Positions 11,101 through 21,683 of a DNA stretch of 64,000 nt are shown here, piece after piece; position 1 is the first letter of the stretch; each line of letters starts with the position of its first letter. The notes below the pieces were generated by a model that was not told where the DNA came from, made no database searches, and worked only from the letters and a program-made list of their open reading frames with translations. Origin of the DNA: Antedon mediterranea (taxonomy: Eukaryota > Animalia > Echinodermata); contig NC_092679.1 in assembly GCF_964355755.1 (NCBI RefSeq), forward strand, positions 15,359,432 to 15,423,431. The letters run 5' to 3'. Made by a program: the position numbers and the translations under genes.

Positions 11101-13051
11101 ACATACTTTTCTTCAAAAATAGTTTATACTCTTGTAATAAAAAAACGGTTTCAACATTAAACATGTATAGATACGACAATTATCGGCTGTCACGACAAAC
11201 TTTTGATCGATTTAGTTTGAACTTAGAAGCATAGCACACTCAGTAAGTATTGTTATGGTGCCGCGTTTTATTCAATCAAATTATACATAGGCATATTATT
11301 ATTAAGTATGTCTAATTCTTACTTAGAAATGTAAAAAGCTTCCTTGTATTCACGAGTGTCAAATATTTACGCTGGATAATAAAGTCTGCACATATTCCAG
11401 ATGTTTGAAACATTTTCTATTGTTGCAGTATACAAACTGTTTTCTGTTTTTCAGATAATTTACAAACCACTAAAACCGTATTTATCAAGTTTATATACAA
11501 GAATTGAATGATCGATCGTATCAAAACATTTAGATATATCCAAGAAACAAGCGCCGATCAATTCAGAATCATTAAAACTTTCCAACCAATCATCAATCAC
11601 TCTGTGTAAGCACGTTACAGTGGAATGGTTTTTCAAAAACGCAAATTGGTCCACATTAATTAAATCATAAGACTCAAGAAAGGTAATTATTTGTTCCTGA
11701 ACAACTCTCTCAATAATTTATGCAATATGACCGACAACAGAAATTGGTCCGTAGTTGTTCATACTCTCTTTACTACCCTTTCCCTTATAGATTGGGGTCT
11801 TCCTTGCAACTTACCAGTCACCTTTCCATTCGAGGGGTACGTTTATTCAAAGCGGGGCGTTTATTCGAATAAAAGCGGTAATGAAGATTCAGGGCCGGTG
11901 CACACTGAATATTTTCACAGGAAACGTCATATCGAAGATTTTCAATAAGATTTAAATATTAAATTTACCTATACGGCATTAGCATTGTAAGGGTTGCTTA
12001 CACATTTTATCTGATATGTTGTGTATTTTGTTTGATTCTAGCCCACTCACTTGAGTCTTTTCGAAAGAATGTATTTGTTTTAACTTCCAGTACGTTTATT
12101 TTATTTTATAGTATAAGACAGTTAATGTAAAAAGCTGTAAAAATTATAAGATACTAACCTGTACACAACCATCTAAAATTCGAATACAAAGTAATAAATA
12201 ATAGTTAAACCCCGCAGCCCATGGTATCAATGCAGTAAGTAAACCTGAGCATAGAAGAACTCCAACCATGGATCGTTTTCCACCAATCTGGCGAGCTAAC
12301 CAACCTCCTGGTATTGACGTTACAGCATAGCCGTAATAAAATGCAGCCAGTACTGTTTGTTTTTGTCGTTCATTCCAGTCATATCTATGTATCTGTTGTA
12401 CAGATAAGTCAATAAGTGAATTCGAGAAGAAAACAATGTTTTTTTTCAGTAGTAGCATCCCTACCCACCTTTCAAGTTCGCCATGTGCATAAAGCCTATA
12501 TAAAAGCATTTTTGTCATTGTCTTTTGACTAAATAAAGCAAGTGTCGTATAGATCGGGCCCTCACTTTAGTGAGTCGAAAATATGACATAAATTCATTAC
12601 TTTGATATTGCCCCTCACCACCCTATTTTCTGTACTATATTATATATTATATATCAGCAAATTATAATAAAATACTCTGTCACATTATGTATCAATGTTG
12701 CGCGTGATGTTTAGGTTTGGTTAGGTCTCACTGTATGGTATAGGTGTCATATCATAATATATATGTGAAACTGTATTATAACCTTTGTTATTATACAGGG
12801 CACAAATACATACAGTACCGAGGAATCGGCTACCTTTGCTCATTCGTTGTATAATAGTGATTAGACCTACTTACCTCTGTCACAAGTTCATCTGTTTTGT
12901 GATTAGACCTCATATTATCAGTTAAATTCTGATATTCTGTCAAATTCTCTCTTCTAACCATTTCGATAATTGCAAAACTAAGATTAATTCGTAGAGACAA
13001 TATACAAATACCAGCCAAACAGCACATACTAGCCACAATATACCGCTTCAT
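2146..13051 (-). CDS. SLC17A5-like: SLC17 family (sialin-like) MFS anion transporter, paralog 1; 9 exons, ~464 aa
   Basis: Hand-spliced GT-AG exons: 13051-12875, 12392-12159, 9452-9365, 9122-9036, 8278-8157, 3577-3428, 3303-3171, 2884-2643, 2307-2146 (1395 nt, phases consistent, no stops). SLC17 motifs: KRY..LRINLSFAIIEM, YDW..Q..VLAAFYYGY..IPGGWLA..GGKR, R.LDG..QGV.YPA, PHERSKL, GGWQY.FY, P..DPYIS..ER.YI, W.KIFTS.AVWA, TRK. Confidence 0.9.
2358..2575. repeat. ~30-bp degenerate minisatellite in intron 8 (also at 30403-30550 in paralog 2)
   Basis: Repeated TTGCATGTCGCTGC(T)nCG(T)nAG units, with different copy numbers in the two paralogs. Confidence 0.8.
3933..7451. mobile_element. Academ-superfamily DNA transposon derivative with a fold-back structure and decayed transposase C-terminus on both arms
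   Basis: Termini are TAGTAGGCATGTTAAG...CTTAACAGGCCTACTA, with a 3-bp TSD TAA (3930-3932/7452-7454). Paralog 2 has an empty site with a single TAA (31914-31916). Subterminal ~155-bp tandem repeats occur on both sides. Protein remnants EEADERMFVHV, VKTVDSDVVVI, FFHTISGCD and a Cys-rich tail match the XPG/PIN-like and Cys domains of Academ transposases. Confidence 0.82.
8520..8940. repeat. ~150-bp tandem triplication in intron 4 of paralog 1
   Basis: Three copies begin GATT(T/C)GTTGAAATGGTGAT at ~8525, ~8679 and ~8829. Paralog 2 has only one partial copy. Confidence 0.85.
10277..10448 (-). mobile_element. Short 3' end of a second LINE nested in the first
   Basis: (ATAAG)n tail followed by TTTATTGATCC...GGAAATT, resembling Rex1/Babar 3' ends. 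It interrupts the host LINE ORF after LASLM. Confidence 0.55.
10992..11409 (-). other. Templated insertion: 40 bp copied from 10331-10370 plus ~378 bp copied from host gene exon7-intron7-exon8 (2847-3257)
   Basis: Direct sequence identity to both donors. The LINE reading frame (..FVYCNNRKC | RDINIGVPQG) resumes on both sides. Confidence 0.9.
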
Positions 13052-13264
13052 GTTGATACTGTTACTGCAGTACTTCCTTCTATATCGGCAATTTAAAACT
13101 TAGCTTTTTCAAGTGCCATGAACCGTGGTTATTCTTTGATCACCACTAATACAATAAAAGGCAAGAAATACCTCTTAGTTGAATTCTAAAGAAAGGATTA
13201 AGCTACTGACGTACAGCGATAGCCTATTGTTATTGTAAACACGTCTTTCATTTTTTCTGCTCAT

Positions 13265-13985
13265 TTTTAATCGCGTGGACGCGACTCTATAGTTCACTAT
13301 GTCTGTCGGTCGGTCGGTCTGTCGGTCGGTCTGTCTGTCTGTCGGTCCGGTATCACTATGCGTTTTATCGCTTTCTGACCGTATCTTGATATCAGTTTAA
13401 TCTAGCTAAGTCAATTGTTCACAGTATATTCCTTATGGCCAGGAATCGATGTGGTTATGTTTTGACGGTGCGCAATAAAAAATTACGCGGTCTACGCACG
13501 ATTTAACTAAATCACGTTTGTAATCATATCTTCACAACCATGAATCACAATTAAATAAAATTTGGTACTCATAAATTTCAGGGCATAAATCATCATATGG
13601 CAATACAATTACGTGCGTAGCGCATGTAACGCATACGTACGCGCGCTTAACATTTTCAAAATTTATTTTCGATAAAATAAGAGTACGTTTCAGGCAATTT
13701 TAAGCGTTTACAAAATTGCCATGAGTGCGCAGAATTTTGCGTTAAATGTTATTGCGCACTCTTTTTGCCCAATTTCTGTTTTCTTGACTTACTTTTCAAC
13801 TCGAAATTACGTTATACGAGCACGTCAAAAGTGACAGGCTACGCACGTGTAAATTAAAAAAAAAAAATGTTTTTAAACATTTCAACATTTTTAAACATGT
13901 TCAGTAATTTCGGTCAGTTGGTAGGTTGGTCGGTCGGTCGGTAAACAATAATGAGCACGCGACTACAGCCATCTATATGGCCTTG
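13265..13985 (+). mobile_element. HINE/DINE-1-like non-autonomous Helentron upstream of paralog 1
   Basis: 5' TCGCGTGGACGCGA hairpin, (GTCG/GTCT)n microsatellite, 3' CACGCGACT subterminal repeat and GCCAT..ATGGC hairpin. Inserted in a T run without a TSD; absent in paralog 2 (GCTCATT|GTTTGTG at ~40967). Confidence 0.8.
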
Positions 13986-14253
13986 TTTGTGTCTCGCAGA
14001 TCTCTAAAACGGCGAAAGCAGTTCAGCTGTAACTCGACCACTAGGTGCCCGTATATTAGAGCACGTTTCAGGACATTTTAAGTATTTCACACGCGGCTTA
14101 GAAAGACCGTGTTTGCACTTAATATGTGTACATATATATATATACCTTTTATGATAAGTACCTTTCATTACAACACGTTAAACTTTTATAATCGTGTGCT
14201 TGAAAATGGATAATTGTATACATGTATGTGTAAAAATATGCCTATTTTGAATC

Positions 14254-14657
14254 TATTATAGCTCTCCGGGATGCATTTTTTTTCCTATGAGACTAATGCA
14301 GAAATCATGAATAATTCATTACCTTAATTTTATGACATAATATGGGACATTATAGAGGGCGCTATATTATAAGCATGGAGAGAAATCAAATATCTTGTGT
14401 AAACAGCGTTTGCCAACCGAATTGTTTGGTTTAGTAGTAACGGCTTTAACCTATAACACTGGTTCGAGGTGTATCAAGAACATGATTTTTTTTAATTTAA
14501 TAGTTGAGAGAGATTATTTAGAGGGTTAGGTTTAGTATATTTAGGACGCAGATCAGCTATCTTGCAATTCTTTATAATAGAAAATAATTAGGTAATGAAT
14601 TATTCATGATTTCTGCCTTAACCTCGTAGGAAAAAATGCCTCCGGGATGGCTGACTA
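14254..14657. mobile_element. MITE with ~70-bp TIRs
   Basis: GCAGAAATCATGAATAATTCATTACC ... GGTAATGAATTATTCATGATTTCTGC. The right end is ...GGCTGACTA (TAGT-type terminus). Absent at the matching paralog 2 position. Confidence 0.65.
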
Positions 14658-15029
14658 TCCCCTATTTTTTTTAACTTATTAAAAGTTAATGAGTTGTAGA
14701 TATGAATTCATGTACAATTTAGACCGTAAGTTTGCTATATGACGTCATCATAGGTTAATCTGAATTTTTAAAATAGTATTTTTATCTCTTTCGGCACAGT
14801 TCTTTACATTCAATAGAGCGCATATCGCGTAAACGATGATCAATTTCTTCCAATTTTCAATATGTTATTACTAAAACAATTCTCCATCAGACATAAACAA
14901 GAAAAATAAATATACTGTACATTAAAATTTATCTAGTATTTTAAATATATTTATCAAGGTTTTAATTTATTTTAAGCAATATATACAATAGTATTAATTT
15001 AAATGAATTTATTTATTTACTTATAAAAA

Positions 15030-18000
15030 TCCTATATAAAAAAAATTATTTCGAGTTAAGCAGATTAACAATATACGGTTTTGCATTTAGGCACTTCAAG
15101 ATTTCCACCATTGGATCTAAGGTTTAATTTTCGCTTGCGGCAAGGAGGGAGCATATCCCTGTGCAAAGCCGATTTTATGAGACCCTGACCAAAGGAAAGG
15201 ACCAGACTTTTCCTCCTTGCCGCAAGCAAAAGGAGTTGCGTCTCCTCTAAAGCTAAATCGTACGATATATAATTTTTTCCCAGGATAGTTCTTAGAGCTC
15301 TTTTTTGAACAGCTTCAATTTTATGTGCTAATTTTTTAGTAATTGCACCATGCCACACAGGGCATGCATACTCAAGAATAGGTCTAATATAGCAACAGAA
15401 CACCTTGATCAGGTCATCCACAGACGCGCGAGACCTCCTCATCACAAATAAGGCAAACATCTTTCGAGATGCCTTAGAGACTATGTCTGCGACATGCATG
15501 TCCCATTTCATATTATCTTGAATAGTAACCCCTAACAATTTGAGGTTGCCAACACATTCAAGGATAGTATTGTTGAGGGTGAATGGCTGGAACTCACTAG
15601 CATTACGCAAAAAATTAATTGTCATAACATGGCATTTAGACGGTTTAGGCAACATATTGTTAGCTTTACACCAGTCATCCAAATCATCAAGGGAGACCTG
15701 TAAATAGGAATTATTGTTTTTTTTCACGACTTCACCTAGAGTGAGATCATCCACATACTTCCATCTTCTGCAGCTTCCTAGACTGGCATCATTAATTAGG
15801 ACCAGAAATAAAACTGGGCCCAATTTAGTGCCCTGGGGCACGCCGCAGGTGATCTTTCTTGTACCCGAGATGGTCTTACCCACTCTGGTATTGATGCCTC
15901 TATTAGTAAGGAAGCTGCAGATAATGGGTATTATGGATGATCTCACTCCGATATCTATTAATTTGTTAATAATTATAGTATGATCAACCCGATCAAAGGC
16001 TTTAGTAAAATCAACCGCGCATAAATTAACATAACAATGTTTACCATCAGTATCCTTCATTCAATACAGAATCAATTAAACTAATTAGGTAATGGGTGGT
16101 GGATGCACCCTTGCGGTTCCGAATTGTCGACTATCAAGCTTAACGCTAATGTCCTCTATGATCCAATTAACTAAAAAAGTCTCAAAAGTTCTTGCTAATA
16201 AGGGTGTAAGTGAAATAGGACGCAAATCGTTACAGGTATTAGCTCCTTTGATTTTAGGGACAGGTACTACTGTCGCATGCTTCCACCTATCAGGGAAAGT
16301 ACCTGCTTTTAGGGCGCAGTTAAACACATTGGTTATAGGGGGCGCTAGTTCAAAAGCACATTCTCTTAGAAGTTTAGCAGGTCTTCTGGATGTCCTGCCT
16401 TTTTGGGTTTTATTGATTGTAGCAATCTCTGGACCTGTCCAGGATAGATTTCAGGAGGCGGCTGCGAGGATGGAAGATATGCAGGCAAGTTGTTTTGGTC
16501 CAGAGCAGGTAATTGGCAACAGACATCCGCAAAGTGCTGATTAATTGATTCAGCAGTTTCCTCTTCGTTAAGACCTGGAATGCTAAATGACTGCTTCTGA
16601 TTAAGATTACAAAGTTTTCCAACATTCTTGTGCCATTTGGAGGAGTCCGAATTGTGAAGGCCAGAAATCGCGTCTTGGTAGTAAGATTTTTTCGCGTCCA
16701 TAATCGCTTTTTGTACACCATTTCAAAGTTTTTTCCACTTGCTAGATTTTCCAAATTTAACATATGCTTTTTGTCGTTGCTTTATGAGTTGTTTCACTCT
16801 TTTCGTAAGCCATGGGCTCCTCATCAGTACTCCTCATTTTCAGCAACTCAGTCGGGAAATTACTATAATAGGCATTTTGTAGAGTAGTAGCTAGCATCGC
16901 AGTTTTATCATTTGTATCCATAAGGTCGCCTCATGGACGAGTCCTTCATAGGTCTAATCTTTACCGCGAAATGATCATTTTTAGGTAAACAAGTTATCAT
17001 TAACACCGAGACGTGATCACTGCACCCAATGGGTGCTTTCCGTACTATATCATCATATAATTCAGGGTAATTCATAAAAATTTTGTCAAGTGTAGAATCT
17101 TTCCGTGTATGAAAATTAACTACTTGAGCTAGGCCAAGATTGTCACAAAGCTCATTAGTATTAAGGTCGTTGAAGTCACCTAGAATTATAATTGGAACTT
17201 CATGGTTGGCACTGCGTATCCTGTCGACTGTTTCAATCACATGCGATACAAGTTGTCCAGCTCCAGCCGCTGCGGGTGGATAATATATCGCACCAACATA
17301 TAAGTGTTTCAAGCGCCTGATGTTATTGGGTATTGTAATACAACACCAAAGACACTCAAAATTACACTGATCATGGTGTTCAGTGTGATTCATAGTTAGC
17401 CTGTCAACTGAGTACACAGATACTCCACCACCTTTCCTTCCAACACGCATCTTATTGAAATGTTGATATCCAGGAATAGTTGCTAAATTTTCAGTTTCGG
17501 CATTTAACCACGTCTCAGTTACAACTGCCAAGTCAATTTTGTATTTGCTAAGGGTAGCCTCAAATTCATCCACTTTGTTTCTAATTGACCTTACATTGGT
17601 TAACAAAATCTTGGGGCACGAAAAAACGTTTATGTTCATGTACTTAGTATTCTCAATAGTTATAAGATTGCTCATTACTCGGCCTCTTATTTTACTAGCT
17701 TTACTAGAGTAAGGTGTGTTAATAATCACCGATATTTTTCTTCTTAATTTCCTACCTCCTCGCTTGCGATGTCTCCGTTTACAAAATGGCGACTTGGTCT
17801 TGGCCCTTCACTGTTTAATTCGCTATTGAATGCGATGACGTCGGGAGGAGGTATGCCTCGGTTCGCGAATCGAAGTGCGACGCGATCCTGGGCTGAATAT
17901 CGAAGATAGCACATCGTGGCTCAGGACAGAATTTTCACTATAGTGCTCAAAAAAGAACCAAAAACTTATTCAAACGTAAGTCGTACGGGTTGCACAACAA

Positions 18001-18120
18001 GAACAATACAAAATCACATAAACAATCAATCAAAAACGAGACAAAATCAGCAAAACTGCCAACACACGTAGAGCAAAAAAAAAGGGAATGGAGTCGCAGA
18101 TGAACAGCGCCACCAAAACA
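15030..18120 (-). mobile_element. Near full-length decayed LINE (APE+RT), L2 group, possibly Daphne-like
   Basis: APE ORF 16908-17729 (NVRS, VTETWL, GGGV, YYPP, GDFN, LDKIF, SDH). RT fragments 16366-16701, 16085-16327 and 15065-16060 (LRPISLT, VDFTKAFDRVDH, GVPQGTKLGP, KYVDD). Several frameshifts; boundaries approximate. Confidence 0.9.
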
Positions 18121-18474
18121 ATTTGAGGTATGTAATAGAACATTTTTACCAAATGTAACCGGAAATGCTATTTTTCTGCACTATTGACCCTTGGTCTTGA
18201 CTCGCACTTATCTAAAAAACGACTGATTATAGAAATTTAAAAAATGGTCTCAAATTGCTCAGACCATACATATTTATATATATATATATATTTTTTAATG
18301 CAACATTTTGTTAGAAAATGACCGGAAGTAAAGTTATTGACCTTTGACCTAATAAACATGAATTTGAGCATGTATCGGCAATTGTTTGTGGTAGGAATTA
18401 CAAAATGAGTTTATACATACTATTATCATTCGAATATTTAATTTCTAATTCACATATTTAGTTTTTATATATAG

Positions 18475-19197
18475 TATATTCTCAACGCAAATGGCACCGT
18501 TCCGGTTTGTTTGTTCTTCCAGCAGAGACTGAGAATCCAAACAAAATGATTATGTTTGTGTATTCCGACACACTCTACTACTAGTTAATCTGGTTGGAGT
18601 TGTCATATCGTTAGTTGGAATGTTTTTTACCTTTACAATACGATGTGTTGTACTTGAACTACAAACACATAGTCAAAAGATGATTATGAACCTGTCCTTT
18701 TCTCTCTTTTTCGCCCAATTGTTAACTCTTTTCCAAGAATACTTCATTCACAATACAGCAGCATGCAGTTTAGTTGCGGCAACCCTCCACTACATCTGGT
18801 TGGTAGCATTTCTCTGGATGAATTCAATGGCAATCGACCTGTTCCGTGTTTTTCATTCTGTTCAACTTACCAGTCAAGATAAAAATCACAACCGAATTAC
18901 GTACAGAAGATACTTTTTGTACAGCTGGTTCACTCCTGCTGTTCTAGTTAGTATTCTCATTGATATCCAATATTCAGATTCATAGTTTCTGTATGGCGAT
19001 GAATCCGTTTGTTGGATCAGTGATGATAAAATGATGGTTTTTGGTTTACCGGTTGCCTTGGTGATTTGTGTAAATTTTATTTTATTTATCTGCATCATAA
19101 ATGGAATTTGAAAGGCAAGATTTTCGACCACATTTTTGTACATCCAGATCAATCAAAACGAAAGCAAATATCCGCAGATGCAAAGATATATATCAGG
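18475..19197 (+). pseudogene. Disabled exon of an adhesion/Methuselah-like (family B, 7tm_2) GPCR, TM1-TM5
   Basis: MNLSFSLFFAQ, C..VAATLHYIWLVAFLWMNSMAIDL, Y.LYSW..P, YG...CWI and PVALVICVNFILF motifs. In-frame stops at 18983-18985 (TAG) and 19109-19111 (TGA), plus frameshifts. Donor AGG|GTAAGT at 19197. The 5' boundary is uncertain. Confidence 0.82.
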
Positions 19198-20774
19198 GTA
19201 AGTTTTTAATTCTTATTGGATTTTAAGAATTTAAAACGGTGTTTAATCACAAAGTCAATGAAAAACCATATTTAATGAGGGTGATCCATCCAGCTATTGC
19301 TGATCATTAGGGACCCTCAGAGGTTCACAAGACAAACATATACACAAGATGCTCTACATAAACAAAGTCTTATTACAAGTCTTTGGGAGTGGAATAATTT
19401 GGTCCCTTCTAAGGACCAATTTTTTTAGTATGAGCGCGGTATTGCGAAATCGACAATTCTAAATATAGAAAAAACACGTTAAACTGTTATAAAATAGTGC
19501 TATAAATAGTTTTATTTTATGTTTATTTTAAACGAACTATAGACGGAGATATGTTTAAATGTAATTAGTTTGAAAATCATTAAATTATTTTAATACATTA
19601 AAATTATCGTATGCCATGTTGCGTCTTTCTGTCATATTTTTATAATGTTTCTATCCTGGTTGTATCATGACATGATGGCATTTATTACTTAGTTTTGAGT
19701 TCATATATATATGTATATATAAGATTTCTTTTCTTGTTCAGTTCTCATGTGAGCGGTTCTGCTCTTCTGTGCACCCACATAAAAGTGAAGGTAAACATGA
19801 CAATGACCTTTAGTATATTCATGCCAAATCCCAGCTCAATACTACAACGAATAAGGGAGGAGATAGTACTTTAAAAATCGCACTTTTTACTCATTAGTGT
19901 CCAGATATAGGAGATGAGCGAGTCCTAGACTCGGGTACCACAAGTAATAAAAAAAACTAGGGCTTTCTATAGTTACCGTACTCTTCGTTATGCATGTTAA
20001 ATTTATGAGAATGATTACGTATCAGAACGGATTGCGTATAACATATACCCGATAATGGTACAAATAATGGCATGAAGTGAAATATAGATTAACAGCATGG
20101 CATGTGAATGAATGGTTAGTCGTAGCAGCTCCGCTAAATATCCTCTAAAACGTTACTAATATCTAACTATCATCAAGTCTAAGTATATTTGAACTGTGAG
20201 TATTTCATTTGTAGTATACCACATCTTAATTACACGGTGAAATTTTAAGTTAGAATGCCAAAAAAGAAGGAAATAGTCCTAGCCCCAACATCACTTGAGC
20301 CACCAATACTGGAGGCCGCTGTCGCCGAAACCGACACAGAGCTATTGAGGCGTGAACTTGTAGGACTAACAACAGATCTGCGCGGTATTCGTGACCAGCT
20401 GGATTCGGTCTTGCGTAACCAACAAACCATGCTTACGAGGATGGACACACTTGAAACCAAGCAGTCTGAGTTTGAAAAATCAATTGAATTCGCATGTGCT
20501 TCAATATCGGATTTAAAAAATAAAACTGCTACTTTAGATGCGAACATTAAAGATGTTTCGGCTGATGTTGGAAATGAAAAATTGAAGTTGTCAACGATGC
20601 AAAAACAACTGAATAAGCTCGAACGGCACTCAAGATCTTACAACTTGCAATTCGGCGGTCTTCCAGAACATGATCATGAAAATGCTATAGTGAAAATTAC
20701 AGATTTGATTGAAAAAGAACTAAATATACCAGACATCAAAATTGAAACGCTCATCGTATAGGAAGGCCCCGTAC

Positions 20775-21683
20775 GCGATTTTTTTTTTTCGTACATAAGT
20801 TGGGGACCCCTTAATGAAACGTCACAAAATAAACATGAATAATTCATCAGTTAAATTTTCTTGTTCCGTGTACACCCAAGCGTATAGCAACAAGTACGTG
20901 ATTACACGACACAACTGCGATACGATTCTAGGCCTATCTCCGCTGTGATTGCGCTGTAGGATTTCATAAAAGAATAGCGGCGTTTTGTGTGGATTGTCGA
21001 AATAATCAGCCTTTAGTTTATGATAGTGTTTTTAATATAATGTATTACTAAAGAATTACGTGTTAAAATTATAGTTTCTATTAATACTATTAGGCCTAAT
21101 TATTAGTCTCTAAAGCGCATGTCTATTCTAGTAGCCTGTGTGGGTGTGACGTGTGTGTTACTGTTAGGTATGACACAGTCCGAGTAATAAGTCAGCAAAA
21201 TTAAACAATTACATTACACAAAAATACATTTTTTATTCTCGTGGTTCTAATCTTTCCATCTCATGTGTTCATATACGCGCATTTTTAAAGTTCCTTTTAG
21301 ATGCATATTGTTTGATAATAAAATAGCAGAATTAAAAAATTACAGAACACAAATTATACACATTCTTTATTCTTGTGGGTCTAAGCTTTCTTTGGGCTAT
21401 GTCCAATTACTACTTAGTTTAATGTCTTGCCTAGCTGTCGATTAGCCTCGACACATTTTGCATAGGTTGGTGTGTGTGTGTGAAGAAGAGTGCGCGAAGG
21501 CAGTCACATGAATTGACCTAGAATCCTAGGCCTAGAAAGAATCGTATCGCAGTTGTAATCACTTGTTGCTATACGCTTGGGTACGTACACACGGAACAAC
21601 AAATTTAACTGATGAATTATTCATGTTTATTTTGTGACGTTTCATGAGGGGTCCCCAACTAATGTACGAAAAAAAAAATCGCT
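20775..21683. mobile_element. MITE with ~160-bp TIRs and 8-bp TSD inserted in LINE ORF1
   Basis: TSD CCCCGTAC at 20767-20774 and 21684-21691. TIR (A)GCGATTTTTTTTTTCGTACAT.AGTTGGGGACCCC. Superfamily uncertain (Zisupton/KDZ, Merlin and hAT all make 8-bp TSDs). Confidence 0.88.

Larger units (their letters stand above)
9855..11830 (-). mobile_element. 5'-truncated, decayed L2/Crack-group LINE (RT) in intron 2 of paralog 1
   Basis: RT motifs NYGPISV, QFAF..HST, FLDISKCFDTIDH and GVPQGSVLGP; 3' GACCACAATG stem-loop and (TAAA)n tail at 9855-9875. Absent from paralog 2 (empty site CTTTATT|CGAGGGG at ~35457). Confidence 0.88.
9548..11878. mobile_element. Tc1/mariner(pogo)-type MITE, split by a LINE insertion (uninterrupted copy at ~35243-35505)
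   Basis: TA-CCGCATTTATTCGAACAAATGCCCC ... GGGGCGTTTATTCGAATAAAAGCGG-TA, with internal GGCGTTTATT repeats. Confidence 0.7.

Noticed and set aside
10841-11234. ORFs 10841-11179 and 10887-11234 as a novel transporter-RT fusion gene
   Set aside because: They are chance read-through across the templated-insertion junction. The host part is intronic or out of frame, and the RT is decayed.
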